A stretch of DNA of 64,000 nucleotides from Macrostomum hystrix (Eukaryota; Animalia; Platyhelminthes), in assembly GCA_950097015.1 (NCBI GenBank), contig CATNEN010000039.1, positions 20,150,001 to 20,214,000 of the forward strand, written 5' to 3'. This document shows positions 10,653 to 22,600 of the stretch, in pieces. The notes under the pieces are model-generated. The model searched no databases, was not told the origin of the DNA, and saw only the letters and a program-made list of their open reading frames with translations. The translations under genes and the position numbers were made by a program. How positions within the stretch are numbered: position 1 is the first letter of the stretch; each line of letters starts with the position of its first letter.

Positions 10653-13600
10653 ATGACAGACAGCGACACTAAAGCTCCAATCCTGCAATTTCTGCAGTCA
10701 CGCGTAGCCAATTTAGATGAAGACTTCAGTCATTACCTGCACGGCCTATTAGCCGATGGTGTTGACGAATTTTCCAGTGGCGCCGATATTCAAGAAGCCA
10801 TCGGAGACTTTCTACACGAAGCCGACTCCAACCAGACCCAGGAGTCGGTGCGCGATATCTGCGATGCAATCTACTCCAAATTCTGCAGCTCCGCATCATC
10901 TTCGGCTACGGTTGACGAACTTCACGCGGCGAGTAAATCTGGCGGTAGCGCCAATGGCGAAGTTTTTTCTTCAAAGCTGCACGCCCCAGTCCAGCTGGCA
11001 GCTCTGCATTCTTCAGAGTCGACTAACGAAGTCAGCGGCGGTAGCAGCGACGGTGGCGGAATCTGGATGCAGCGCAAGCCAGAGAACAAGCTCATTGACG
11101 TACAAGCCGCCCTAGCTAGCGATCCTAAAGCGGCTAAACGACTGATGAAGGCTAACAATGCTTCGTCTAATTCTTTGACATCTCAGGATGATTGCGGCGC
11201 TTCGGTGAGCATTTGGGTGATAAAAATAGGAGATCATTGTGAAATTTATGTTTTAATTTGCCCGATGCTGTGGCAAGATTCTGTGGATGCTCCAGTGAAA
11301 TGTATTTGCAAGTCAAAGTAGGTAGATGCAAATAGAAGTTCAGGGAAGATGTTTAAAGTTTAAGGTAGATCTTTTTGCAAGTTAAAATAAAGTGTAAATT
11401 GTATTTTAAGTGCTTTATGTTAATGCTTATGTCTGCTTGGTATGTCTACTTAACAGTACGAAGCCATTTTCCGCCCGTTTTTATACCAAGCGGTGAATCG
11501 AAACCTCCCCTGAAATTTTTTGGCAGCGTCAAAAACCCAACGCGCTAACAGCTTTGGGTGTGGGTGGTGACTGATTGGTTGACAGACTAGGCGAGGTTGT
11601 CCTGTGGTTGAGCTGCGCCTAGTATTTAGGCAGGATAAGCTGTGAAATTAGAGAACTTCGCGTCAGGGTGTCCATAGTGGCCTAGTTCCACCTGTTGTAG
11701 CCCTTAAAGGTCCAGCGCGTAGGTGGAAAACTGCCTTTCGGCCTAGACCATTGAATACCTCGACAGTCTGAAGAGTTCTTCAGAAGATGCGCATAAGATT
11801 GGCCTGTATTCTCGAGTTTCGTGTGCTTGCGTTGCTCCGTTCGGGCGCAGCGCAAACAATTGTCGGGGGGATTCCCATGCAGATCAGAACTACGAGTAGC
11901 AACGTGCTTGTCCGAAATAGTAATAATAATATGCAGCCGACAGCACAGCCGCAGCTATTGCGCAGCGCATCTGAAAGCTGCGTACGGCTGTTCAGTCCAT
12001 GGACTGAGGGGGGTGGGGACGCCGCACCCAGCCTCAATTACCCAGCTTAGTGCTGGTACCCATTAAACAGATGGGTAAACTGTCTAGTTTGCTTTGCTTT
12101 AAAAAGGCTTTAGGACTTCAGAGTTCAGTGTCTTGCTAAAGGACACAAACTGTTCTGGTGAAGTCGGGAATCGAACCCCCGACCTTCAAGTCATGAGTCC
12201 AACCCCTAAGTACTAGGCTACAACTCCCTTATCCACAAATAAAGCATAACACTTACGGAGACATAGATCTGTGCAAATATTTACACGAGGATATAGAATG
12301 ATATAGTTTGCCTCGCGAATGTTCGTTTAACTGGGTAATTGGTCACTATCGATAGCTACAGTAAAGATTAATAAAAATGTGAGGCTGCACATATAAGACT
12401 AAATCGTAAAGGTAAACTGCATGTATAGAAACTGTTGCAACTATTGGGTAGGCAGCAGTATTAAAAGTGCATAAAACAACTTGCGAAAGAATTTAAGCTT
12501 ATAACTAAAAACTGCTTATTAATAAAATGCGAATTTGAAGCAATCAAAAAGCTCAGTAATTAGCGAGATGTCTTTTAATGGCCTGATGGTGAATTGGGTC
12601 TGGGTAAAACATGGACAACCATGGACATTTTGGTCAACAGCTCAATCTGTTGTTTTTCGTGGTCAATAAATATTTTCAGTAAATTTTCATGAATTTCATG
12701 TTCATGAAAACTTGAAAAAACGTTGATAATAGATCAGACACAATAGTTGACGCAGTGGGTCTTGACAAAAGAGAAAAATGCATAGCACAGACTGGAGAAA
12801 ACTAAAAGCCACTCTGGATGGTGCTGCAAATTGCCACGAGATAGCAGCGATGTAAATTCGCTACCGCCAGGACAACTCAGATGCAAATGCTTCCTAAACT
12901 TCTGAAAAAATGCACTTAGCATAGTACAAAGAAGCTAGTGTCCTAGTTCTCCTAGTCTGTAATGTGGCTGATCTTGTCTTGAAGCTGATCAAGCACCTCT
13001 AGGTCAGAGTCCTTCATCGGAACAGCAAGTCGCCGGCTCATGAGTCTCGATGCTGTTCTAAAGCGCTCTGTACATTATACCCGGTGAAGCCGATCACTGG
13101 CCATAACTTGCTCCACTGTTTTTTCCAACTGGTAGAACTGGCAAACTCGGCCTCCAATCTGTCTGATTGCAGTACACCTTAACGACATTTCGAGACCGAA
13201 TAGATAGCCGTGACCTATATCCCTATAATTCATTCCCTAGCAACAGTTATTTTAAAAAGTGATGTTTGCATATAATGAATACCTTATCTGGTTGATTAGG
13301 TGTCCTCTGAGGCACACCAGACCTTTTGTTGTCTGGATTAAAGCGTTGCGCGTCTCTGTTGTGAGCGACCGACCGCGTTCCGCATAGTTTAATATAATTT
13401 AATTTAAATTTATGTTACTGTCTACTCAAACGCAGCTGTCGGTGGGCCACTATACTCATACTCAGTGGGCGACTAGACCATACTATACTGTTTACAGTTA
13501 TTGTAAACAAGCGTCTACCGCATGGAAAGCCACTTTTGCACGCATTAACGCAGCTGCGCATTTGTCTCTCAACTTCTCCTTCGCGGTATCATCGAGCTCA

Positions 13601-16600
13601 CCATCAACACCGGTTGATTGTAAACGAGCGTCTACCGCATGGAAAGCCACTTTTGCACGCATTAACGCAGCTGCGCATTTGTCTCTCAACTTCTCCTTCG
13701 CGGTATCATCGAGCTCACCATCAACACCAGCTTCAGCGCTTTCCGCACCGGCCTCAAGATCCGCCTCCTTGGTTGCTTCCGGCCAAGCCGGAAACAGGGG
13801 GGTTCGCTTCGTCAACCAAGACCCGTGAGCAACCAGTGAGTCGCTGACTCTCGGGCGGGAAGCCAAGGAATGCATCAGTAGCCGCTCCCTCCTGATTTCT
13901 TCCTTGCATTGTTGTTGCTCTCGGTCACGCTGGAACTGTGTGGGCGGCTGGGGCTTGTATTCTTGAGGAAGCAGGCTTCGAACGGTTTCCAACAGCTCGG
14001 CATCTGCTGATTGCAAAGGGACCTAACAATACGTTCCTTGAAAATTAGCAATGTTGTGTTACATATCCTATATTGACGAAGCCATATTTATTGGGTTGTT
14101 TCTGATATCGTTTCTGGTTTGAAGCGCCGTCGCAAGTTTGTTTTGCATCTCCTTGTTCTCTTCTGTGTGCATCGCCATCCAGGAGTTTATTTGCTTCTTC
14201 CTCGTTCCACAAATTTTCCTTGCACTTTCGACGATAATATTCGTAATTTCCTTCCATTCGGGTTTTACTCCATTCTTTCTTCTGGTTTCTTCGAACTTGT
14301 GTGACATATTTTCGAGCTTGTCGGCACATTTTTCCTCGTGAAGAGCTAGCAAATTGATGTTCGCTTTCCTTTTCCTCTCCACGGCTTTCCTGCATGCACT
14401 CGGGAGGTTCAGCTTCTTGAGTGTGTTTAGGGTGTTAAGTTTAATCGATCGGATCAATCTCGTTCTATCCTTTGCGCGAATTAGGAATCCGTCAAGTTCG
14501 TACCACTTAAGGTTGCTCGAATTCCGCCAGGTTCCTCTACGTTTGGCGTTGTGATACGAGTCAATCCACGTCAGGTCGTTGTTGATATCCCAGTTCATGA
14601 AATCCTCTCCTTGGTGGTTTGAATGATGCATGCCAAATTAATCCCCATTGTCGTCTACGTCGCCATCGTCATCCATGACCATGTCATCGTCTTCGTCCTC
14701 ATTAACATCATCGCGGTCCATAGCTCAAGTTAATGAGTTGAACTTTGTATCTAGTTTCGATTTATGGTGCATGTACATTTTTTACAACTAGCTAAGCTTA
14801 ACAAGTGAAAAACTATATTATATTACTATCCATATACGATATAAATATAGTCCCCTTCAACCGAACCTTCTCGCAGGTGACTCAGCAGTTAAATCGCAAA
14901 GACGCCGCACTGGACGGCGAGTCCGGCCGATTGCGCGACATCCGCGTCGAAGGCTTGGACATCGCTTTCGGCAGCCGTCAGCTGCTTGAGGGCGCCAATC
15001 TAACCCTGGCCAGCGGCCGTCGCTACGGTTTCGTTGGCCGCAACGGTTTGGGCAAGACTACCCTTCTGAAGCTGCTCAGCTCCAGACAGATTGTAGTGCC
15101 GTCTCATATTCGGGTGCTGCACGTTGAGCAGGAGGTGAGCTAGTGTCAAGACTCAAAGGAAGCTTCTTATAGCGAATATAACGAGTGTATTTGGGTTAAA
15201 GCCGCGCGTGCGAATAAGCCGTGTAGTCACTCTTACGTTTGGCTTGGGGGGGGGGTAAAAGGGGTGCAACAGTTGAGGCGAAGCTTAGCTTAACGGGACC
15301 ATAGACAGAAGAAGAAGAGAGAAAGCCGTTAGGGCCGGGCTGCTTTGACACTGCACAACATGTCTCCCTCCAGTCAAATGAAACAAAGCAACGAGCGCAT
15401 GTGGCTATTTTTTTGTGGCTATGTTAGTCTTATCGGGAGGGCAACATATCAACCGTCACAGTGTCAGGGTGTGTATCGGTCTGGCTGTCGCCGATTTCGG
15501 TCACCCCTGCGCGGAACTTGATCTGCCACCGGAGCCGGTGGTGTCGGGGTTTCATTGGGAGGCATGTCTGCCGGCGGCTCCAGACTTTCGTCCTCGTCGT
15601 CCTCAGAAGTGCGTGAAAGCATCGGGGCAATCTGATTGTTGCTTGCCAGACGCAGTTTGTCGTCCGTCAGCAACCAGGATGTGTTGCGCCCTTGGGTCAT
15701 GAGGAACTCTGCGCCTCGGGACGGGGTGTGGTCGGTGGCCTTGTATACGACCTGGTCACCTTGTTGGAAAGCCGAGACAACAGGTACGCGAAGTCGTCGA
15801 CCGAACACGAGCTCAGCCGGTGTCTTTGACCTTGCACCTGACGAGTTGCGGTGGTGAAGCAGAACCTTCTGCAAAAACGCAATGAAGTCAGAGTGGGTCA
15901 GTTTCTGTGTCCAGGCCTGCAGGGCCCTCTTGACAGTTTGGACTGCTCGCTCGGCCGCACCATTAGATTGTGGCGAGTAGGGAGGGGTTTCCATCTTTCG
16001 GGCACCGTTGGCATGCAGCCAGGACAGCAGGGCATCAGACGTGAATTCCGGTCCGTTGTCGGAGACCACCACCTCTGGGACTCCAAATCTCGTGAATACA
16101 GTACGTAACGAGCAAATAACCCTGTCTGCCGTCCTGTCGCGGGATGGAAAGGCTTCAATCCATCCGGAATAGGAATCCACTACAATGAGAATGTTGCCCA
16201 CCTCGGGCACGAAGGCCCAGTCCATGTGGATGCGCTGAAATGGAGCATCAGCAGGTGGCCAAGCATCTCGGGACTTCTGCAGTCGGGGCCGCAGGCTGCT
16301 GCATGCAGCACACTGCCGCACGAATCGTTCCACGTCGCGCTGCATGCCGGGCCACCAGCAGGACAGCTCCAGGAGGTGGTAGCTGGCAGAAGTACCGCTA
16401 TGAGTGTCGTGAATCGCATCGAAGGCCTCTTTCCGGAGACGCGGAGGTATGAATGCGCGCCGGTGCATGTAGAGGAGGCCGTTCTCGATTGTTAGAGCTG
16501 CTGCGTTTCTCTTGAAAGCGGCCTCTGCTTGTGTGCAGTTATGCCAGTCGCCATTGCGTACGCGACGTATGATGCGCTGTAGCAGTGGATCAGAATCAAG

Positions 16601-19600
16601 TTCGCTAGCGATCCGTCGAGGATTGATAGTAGGGGATTCAAAGGCAACTGAGTTGATTGCCTCGAATGCGTCGGCCGGGTCTTGATTGTCATTATCAAAC
16701 GGCAGACGAGAAAGCGCATCGGCATGCGGAATGCGCGATCCGGGAACGTAGACCACGCTAAAGTCAAATTGCATCAGGTAAAGGGCCCAGCGACTGATTC
16801 TTGCCGATGAACTCATTGGTATGCTGCCACCGAAAAGCCGTAGAAGAGGCTGATGATCCGTCTGTACCGTAAATCGTCGGCCTTGGAGGTAGTGTTTCAG
16901 GCGACAGACGGCCCAGAAGATGGCGAGTGCTTCCCGTTCTATGTTGGAATAGTTAGTCTCGGCCTTGGACAGTGTCCTAGAGATAAAGATTACAGGGCGT
17001 CCTTCCTGGGTAACAACGCCTGCCAACGCTCCTTTAGAGGCATCTGTTGTGAGGGTCACCTCCTTCTCCAGGCTGTACGGTTGTACTATTGGTCGTGATG
17101 AGATCTCCTTCTTGAGATTCTCGAAAGCGCGAGCACATGCTTCAGACCAGACAAACGGCGTGGATGCCTTGCGCAGTTCGTTCAATGGGGCGACCTTGGC
17201 GGAATAGTCAGGAATCAAGCGGCCGAAGAAATTCACCAGACCGAGAAATTGCTCGATCTCCTTCTTGGTCTTCGGTGTCGAGATGTGGCGAACTTTGTCC
17301 ACGAGCTTATCATCGGGCCGAATTCCAGCGGCAGAAATTTCTAATCCAAGGAATGAAATCGAATCGCAAATGCCTGTACATTTGTCTTCATTGACCGTTA
17401 CCTTTTTTTCGGCCAGGCGCGTTTTGACTGCTTTCAGACGCTTCTGGAGTGCTTCAACGTTCTCAGCATAGACCATGATGTCGTCTTGATAGATCAGTAG
17501 TCCCTTCAAGTCGGAGAGGATGCTCTCCATTGTGCGTTGAAAAATGAATGAAGCGTTTTTCATGCCCATCTGAAGGCGTTTGACGCGGTATAGGCCTCGC
17601 GAGGTATTGATGATAGAGATGCCTTGGGCGGATTCGTCCAGCTCGATCTGCCAGTAAGCCGACCTCAGATCAATCTTGGCAAACTTCTTGGCATTCTTTA
17701 ACTTGCCAAAGAGGTGCTCGATGCTTGGAATAGGGTATGACTCTGGCTTTATTTTGTCGTTCACATGGACCTTGTAATCGGCGCACATGCGCAACGTCCC
17801 GTCCTTCTTCTTGATCCAGACGACCGGAGAAGCGTTGCTCACAGGACCCTCCACAGGCTCGATGATGCCAAGCTGCTGCAGCCGGTCCAACTCTGCGTTG
17901 ACTTGCTTCTCTAGTGCGATTGGAACCGGACGAGCACGGCAGAACTGGGATCGAGCGCCTTCAACCAGCTCCATCTGTGCCTTGATGCCCTTGATGGTGG
18001 GCAGCGTTGTAGCTGCAACTGTGGGGCTCGGAGCTTGAGAGTTGGTGTGAAAGAGAGAGTCGGAATCTAAAAGATCACGGCCAAGGAGGCCGAACGGCTT
18101 CAAAGACGAAACCACGACGAATTCGGCGGGGTGTAACCTACCCCGCATCTCGACGGTAGAGCACAGCTTGCCGAGAGTCTTTAGGGTGTGGCCGTCGTAG
18201 GCCTCGAGGCGTCGGTGACTCTTTTGCAGTGGGGGCCTGCCCAGAGACTCCCAGATTGTGCTAGAAAGCACGGAGACGGATGCACCGGTATCCACTTGCA
18301 TTGGTACCTTGGCGCCGTCTACAAGAAGTGTCTCAGATGCAACTTCGATTGCGTTGACCAGATCAACGTCCATAAGATGCAGGATCTTCGAGGGCTCGGG
18401 CGTCATTGATGCATCGGATGGAACATCCGCGTGATGTACGGATTTGCTAGTCAGAGCAGAGCGGCATACGGCAGCAAAGTGGTTGCGCTTGGAGCACTTG
18501 GAACAGGTCTTGCCATATGCCGGGCACTTGCCTGCGTGATGGGATCCGCCACAGTACTTGCAGCCCTCGATGCGCTGACCATTGGAAGTTGGCCGTCCAC
18601 CTTTGGAGTAGTGCACCGATTCGTCAGTGGCCGCATTATGTTGGGCTGGCGGCGACAATGGGCCAGCCGGGCCTACCGGGGGCTTGAACGAGTTACAGGT
18701 TTGAACAAACGTGTTGATCTGTTCACAACTTCGAATGAGGTCAACAATCTCCGAGATTGTCTGATCCTTGGTTTGCATTGCACCGAGAATGCGCCGTTGA
18801 TGCTCAGGGTTGTACAGTCCAGAAATGAGAGTAAGCCGCACCAGCTCCTCTGCGGGACTGGCGCAGTCCTTCAGAGAGTCAAAGGCGCAGTGCGTTGCTG
18901 CTTTCCTCAGGCGAGCTAAATAGTCTGCTATCGGCTCAGCAGCTTTCTGACGAATTGAGAAAAAGTCGGTTCTTTCGGCGACAATGAGGCGCTTCTGAGG
19001 TTGTAAGTAGGACACCAGGGCTGTCTCGATCTCTTGGAAGGTCAGCTTGTCGATCTCCTTCGGAGCGACGAGATGAGTCAGCTTCTCCAAAGCAGGCAGT
19101 CCGCAGGATGCCAAAAAATTGTCTGCGACTTGTCGGGATTCGGTCGAGTCGGTCCACTTCTTGGCGCGGGCCAGAGCATTGAAGGCCTTGAGCCACATCA
19201 GTGCACGGTCGGCATCGCCGAGAAAAAGGTCGCCAAGCCGCGACGCCATTGTCAAGACTCAAAGGAAGCTTCTTATAGCGAATATAACGAGTGTATTTGG
19301 GTTAAAGCCGCGCGTGCGAATAAGCCGTGTAGTCACTCTTACGTTTGGCTTGGGGGGGGGGGTAAAAGGGGTGCAACAGTTGAGGCGAAGCTTAGCTTAA
19401 CGGGACCATAGACAGAAGAAGAAGAGAGAAAGCCGTTAGGGCCGGGCTGCTTTGACACTGCACAACAGCTAGTTCAATTCTCAGCCCATAGACAACAAAT
19501 TTGTGTCCAGTAGCTAGCAGCTGATGCTCGATCCCGCAGGTGGTTGGCGATGACACCGTGGCAGTGGAGAGTGTCCTACAAGCCGACGAGCATCGGTCGC

Positions 19601-22600
19601 GTCTCCTAGCCGAGGAGGCGCTCTGCCGCGCCCAGCCGGACGCTCCGGGCGCTGCCGACCGTCTAGCGGCCCTGTTCGCCGAGCTCGCCTCCATCGAGGC
19701 CGACAAGGCGCCGTCTCGCGTGGCCAGCATCCTGCATGGCCTTGGCTTCACCCCGGCGATGCAGGCGGCTCCGACTAGACAGTTCTCCGGCGGCTGGCGG
19801 ATGAGACTCGCGCTGGCCAGGGCGCTGTTTGCCAAGTGAGTCGCCTGCCTCAGTCTCAAATCCCCAACTGACTACTAATACTCAAATTCCGATCTCGCTA
19901 CCAATCCTCAAATTCATATCTCGCTACCAATCCTCAAATCCCAATCTCGCTACCAATCCTCAAATCCCTATCTCGCTATCAATCCTCAAATTCCTATCTC
20001 GCTACCAATCCTCAAAACCCAATCTCGCTACCAATCCTCAAATCCCTATCTCGCTACCAATCCTCAAATTCCTATCTCGCTACCAATCCTCAAATCCTCA
20101 AATCCCAATCTCGCTACCAATCCTCAAATCCCAATCTCGCTACTAATCCTCAAATCCTCAAATCCCTATCTCGCTACCAATCCTCAAATCCCTATCTCGC
20201 TAACAATCCTCAGATCCCAATCTCGCTACCAATACTCTAATCCCAATCTCGCTACCAATCCTCAAATCCCAATCTCGCTACCAATCCTCAAATTCCTATC
20301 TCGCTACCAATCCTCAAATCCCAATCTCGCTACCAATCCTCAAATCCCTATCTCGCTACCAATACTCTAATCCCTACCTGACTACCAAGACTGAGATGAT
20401 CCAACAACACAGACTACCCAAATCCCATCCTGACTCCCAAATCCCATCCCGACTCCCAAATCCCATCCTGACTCCCAAATCCCATCCTGACTCCCAAATC
20501 CCATCGTGACTCCCTAATTCCATCCTCACTCCCAAATCCCATTCTCACTCCCAAATCCCATCCTGACTCCCAAATCCATTCCTAATTTCTAGGTTTATTC
20601 CTGATTCTCAAATTCTTCCCTTCTCTGAAATCCCTACCTGACTTCTAAATTCCTTCCTGACTACCTAATCCCTAACATGACTAGGAAATTCCTTCCCGAC
20701 CTTCAAATCCCTTTCTGATCCCCAATCCCTTCCTGACCGCCTTGACTCGAACCCCTCTTCTGACATCTCCAGGCCGGACCTGCTACTGCTGGACGAGCCT
20801 AGCAACATGTTGGACATGAAGGCCATTATCTGGCTAGAGAACTATCTGCAGCGCTGGCCCAGCACCCTGCTAGTTGTATCTCACGACACAGCCTTCTTAA
20901 ATGCCGTCTGCACAGACATTCTCTTCATCAGCAATCGGAAGCTGGAGTACTATCGCGGCGACTATGACACATTTGTCCGCTCCCGAGAGGAGAAGCTGCT
21001 CAATCAGCAGCGCGAATACGACGCCCAGATGGCCGAGCGGGAGCATATTCAACGATTCATCGACAGATTTCGTTACAACGCCAATCGGGCTAGTCAGGTG
21101 CAGTCGCGAATCAAGATGCTGGAGGCCATGCCAAAGATTGAGCCGCCAGTGCGTGACACCGAGGTCACTATGAAATTTCCTCCCGTCGATGATAAGTTGT
21201 CTCCGCCAATTCTGCAGCTGGACGAGGTGGTATTCGGCTATCCGGGCAGCGACCGCACCGTGCTGAAGGGTGTCTGCGCCAATGCCGGCTCCGAATCCAG
21301 GATCTGCGTTGTTGGAGAGAATGGCCAGGTTTGTGCTCAGTCCATGAGTTCGAATCCGCGGCTGGGTAACTGTTCCGGATATTTATAACCTTCAGTAGTA
21401 TATTCCAAACCTTCAGTATTAGACTCCAAACCTTCAGTATTAGACTCCAAACCTTCAGTATTAGACTCCAAACCTTCAGTATTAGACTCCAAACCTTCAG
21501 TATTAGACTCCAAACCTTCAGTATTAGACTCAAAATCTTCAGTATTAGACTCCAAACCTTCAGTATTAGACTCAAAATCTTCAGTATTAGACTCCAAACC
21601 TTCAGTATTAGACTCAAAACATTCAGTATTAGACTCCAAACCTTCAGTATTAGACTCCAAACCTTCAGTATTAGACTCCAAACCTTCAGTATTAGACTCA
21701 AAATCTTCAGTATTAGACTCCAAACCTTCAGTATTAGACTCAAAATCTTCAGTATTAGACTCCAAATCTTCAGTATTAGACTCAAAATCTTCAGTATTAG
21801 ACTCAAAATCTTCAGTATTAGACTCCAAACCTTCAGTATTAGACTCCAAACCTTCAGTATTAGACTCCAAACCTTCAGTATTAGACTCCAAACCTTCAGT
21901 ATTAGACTCAAAATCTTCAGTATTAGACTCCAAATCTTCAGTATTAGACTCAAAATCTTCAGTATTAGACTCCAAATCTTCAGTATTAGACTCAAAATCT
22001 TCAGTATTAGACTCAAAATCTTCAGTATTAGACTCCAAATCTTCAGTATTAGACTCCAAACCTTCAGTATTAGACTCCAAACCTTCAGTATTAGACTCCA
22101 AACCTTCAGTATTAGACTCCAAACCTTCAGTATTAGACTCCAAACCTTCAGTATTAGACTCAAAATCTTCAGTATTAGACTCCAAATCTTCAGTATTAGA
22201 CTCAAAATCTTCAGTATTAGACTCAAAATCTTCAGTATTAGACTCCAAATCTTCAGTATTAGACTCCAAACCTTCAGTATTAGACTCCAAACCTTCAGTA
22301 TTAGACTCAAAATCTTCAGTATTAGACTCCAAACCTTCAGTATTAGACTCAAAATCTTCAGTATTAGACTCCAAACCTTCAGTATTAGACTCAAAATCTT
22401 CAGTATTAGACTCCAAACCTTCAGTATTAGACTCCAAACCTTCAGTATTAGACTCCAAATCTTCAGTATTAGACTCCAAACCTTCAGTATTAGACTCCAA
22501 ACCTTCAGTATTAGACTCCAAACCTTCAGTACTAGACTCCAAACCTTCAGTATTAGACTCAAAACCTTCAGTATTAGACTCCAAACCTTCAGTATTAGAC

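Larger units (their letters stand above)
15144..19467 (-). mobile_element. Full-length Ty3/Gypsy LTR retrotransposon (Mag/K02A2.6-like), 4324 bp
   Basis: Two TG...CA LTRs, 5-bp TSD GCTAG (15139-15143, 19468-19472), PBS TGGCGTCGCGG at 19248-19238, PPT GGAGGGAGA at 15371-15363, single intact gag-pol ORF. Confidence 0.97.

Noticed and set aside
13436-13480. Helitron 3' end (hairpin plus CTAG)
   Set aside because: The hairpin is poor, CTAG is not followed by T, and no 5' TC terminus was identified.
15415-19411. Plus-strand ORFs inside the Gypsy element and opposite tsh/SLC5 exons
   Set aside because: Antisense shadows of GC-rich coding sequence with no motifs of their own.
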